Of a stretch of DNA of 40,361 nt, positions 37,512 to 40,361 are shown piece after piece. This DNA is from Basidiobolus ranarum (taxonomy: Eukaryota), in assembly GCA_040143965.1 (NCBI GenBank), contig JASJQH010000038.1:1-40361 (forward strand), in the 5' to 3' direction. The notes below the pieces were generated by a model that searched no databases, was not told where the DNA came from, and saw only the letters and a list, made by a program, of their open reading frames with translations. Within the stretch, counting starts at the first letter, position 1. Each line of letters begins with the position of its first letter. Both the position numbers and the translations under genes were made by a program.

Positions 37512-39318
37512 TTATGCGGAATTTTCTTTACTATCCCCATTTTCAGTGGGTTTCTTTTCATTTAAATTCATGTTTTGTAGTTGATGTTGCATAGAACGTC
37601 TCTTGAATCTGGCTACTGCTTTGGCCTAATGAAAAATAATAAGGTTACATGGTTGGATTTCGGATGATTTGAATAGCTTACTTACTACTGTCATAATATT
37701 GGCAATCCCACGAATAGCAGAGTTGATCTCTTCATCTGTAATGGAGGTAACCACCGCTGCACAATTCTCCTCAGTGGAAGGAAGTGGCTCTTGCCCGTTT
37801 TTGGTCAACCATGGGTGTATCTAAGAGTTGAAGCATCAATGAAATGATACAGACATATTTGCCTTTTTTGTAGTGAAGAACTTACGCGAATGTCATCCAT
37901 ATGAATACGAGTGTCGGGATTTTTATCCAATATCTTTTCCAACAAATCCTTGAGTTCTGGACTGGCTGTGTCTGGGATCACTAGGCTTTATATGATGGTG
38001 TTGAGAATGGTTAGAAGGCTTGTTGATTCGGTAACGTAATAAAAGTGTTTACTCGTGATTCTTGATGCTATCGTAAATTTCTACGATAGAGTTGGCTGGG
38101 AACGGTAAAGTTCCGAATGCAAGGCAATATAACGTAACCCCCATTGACCATATATCAGTAGCTCTACCTGAAATATCCCCATGGTTTCCTACAAATATCA
38201 ACGAGTTCAATATGATGCGACCTTCATCAAACAAATAGCTGCGTCAGTGCATACCAGAGCAGAGTTCCTAGAGGTATGTGAAGGGTAAAAGGAATGTCAG
38301 TCAAGATGAATCAGATGGAGACGGCTAATAGGAGGACGCTCTAATATAAATCTAACTTACGGGCGCCATGAAAGCGGGGCTTCCAGCAGACTTCTTCATG
38401 CGATCGTCTCCTTTGACAAACATTTCCGAAACCCCGAAATCAACAATTTTGAGAGTATCGTCAGCAGCGATTAGTAGATTGTCAGGCTTGATGTCTGTAG
38501 TGGTATTAGTCAAAAGGCCCTCCATCGGCAAATCTAATTAAATATCTGTAAAAGTCACCTCGATGAACGATACCATTCTCGTGTACTATGATAGAAAAAA
38601 TGAGTGGGACTTCAAAATAAAATGAATATTATAATGGCTCACAATATTCAAATCCAAGAACCATTTGTCTAAAGTAGTGTCTACACTTCTCTTCATCGTA
38701 TGGCTGAACAGTCTTGCCAAGTTGTATATCCATGATGGCTCCTTTTTTGCACATTTCGAAAACTGAAGATTGAAATACCCATAGTCAATATATGATACAT
38801 AGGCTATCCAAGTATAAAGAAAGAAATATCAATACCCATGTATATGGCATCGTCATTTTTGTTATCCAATACTTCACGCAATACAACGATGTTGGGATGG
38901 GTAAGTTTCTTGAGAATAGCCACTTCACTACGAACTAAGTCCAAAGGATTTCCATTTTCTTCTTCAGCTTTTTGAGCAGCCTTAATTCCGAACAAACCAC
39001 GACCACGGCCACGACCAATGCCTCTTCCCATACCACGCTCGCGCAACATGTTGGATTGGTTGTTTTTACGTAATTGAGCCCTACTAAGTTCTTTAATCGC
39101 CTATTGATAGAAGAAGTGAATATTTTCTAGTTGATGGAGAGAAACCAAAAAAACACCATATATACATATTCACTTCCATCGACACCATCTATTCCGTGAT
39201 AAACAGAGCCATAGGCACCTTGACCCAACTTTTGGTTTAAAGTGTATTGGTTTAACTGACGCACCCCATCTTCAGTTTCGGTCATAAAAGCGCTCAAGGA
39301 TTCCTTCACTCTACCCAT
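37512..39318 (-). CDS. calcium/calmodulin-dependent protein kinase kinase (CaMKK/Ssp1-like), many exons
   Basis: [98 protein letters not shown] and a basic amphipathic tail [13 protein letters not shown]. Confidence 0.92.
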
Positions 39319-39999
39319 TATCGTCTCAGTAAAAAATAAGTATTGGCGGAGTAGTTTGAAGTTAAACAAACAATTGATTGTATGTTATAAACTGGAGTTA
39401 TCTATATCCATCGGTAAAATTAGGGAATATGAAAAAAATCATCCACTTAAACTAAGCCTCGCACCCTCTCCCCAAAATAAGCGCATCTTTCTCGAGGAAG
39501 GACAGAATATTTGGCTATAACTGCGATATTTCCCTATGCGATATTTCCCTAGGCGCATTGTATGAAGATCTAATCCACTTTCATCATTGATGCTAAATCG
39601 ATCGAATGCTGTAAAAATGGCTATACAATTACGTCTCAGAATATATGCTCATTACTATTGCTCATTACTAGAATGTATGCTCATATTGACTAATCCTGAA
39701 AAAACTCTACTGCTATATTTGTGTTACTTTAGCATATGATCAGATATCACTAATCGGTATGCGTCCAAATATATGGAAACCAGCCCAGTGTTCTAGGAAT
39801 CAAACTTATTGTTCACTTTCGTTTTTGTTTAAATTCCAACCAAATTGGTTACTGCTGTCATTGAACCAATAAAATGACCCAATAAAAGATCCATTGGATG
39901 GATTCATCTCCATCATGAAATTGCTTAAATTCTTTTGCCGCCTCCATGTTAACTCCCTTTCTTTCGGCGCTTTGAAACAGGTTAGAGTCGTAAAGTTAA

Positions 40000-40361
<362 letters not shown>

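Overview
Gene-dense, intron-rich eukaryotic DNA from an early-diverging fungus (Zoopagomycota/Mucoromycota-like; inferred from protein sequences and many short introns). It holds about 20 mostly housekeeping genes: a PAP2 lipid phosphatase, a small mucin-like membrane protein, eS25, eL42, MoaC, dynactin p27, eL41 (missed by the ORF track), Rpt3, Tom40, kinesin-1, eRF1, GSK3, Vma21, an Mso1-like protein, Spo12, Elp3, Fab1/PIKfyve, a class I cyclic-nucleotide phosphodiesterase, a CaMKK-like kinase and the start of a ubiquitin gene. I saw no tRNA, rRNA, CRISPR array or intact mobile element, and no clear new multi-gene system. The strongest oddities are four clustered substitutions in the cycloheximide/E-site loop of an otherwise canonical eL42, a probable U12-type (minor spliceosome) intron and a 6-nt microexon in dynactin p27, a ubiquitin with three non-canonical residues, and an Mso1-like protein with an extra CxxC-x(11)-HxC module. 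Exon boundaries were read by eye and need transcript confirmation.
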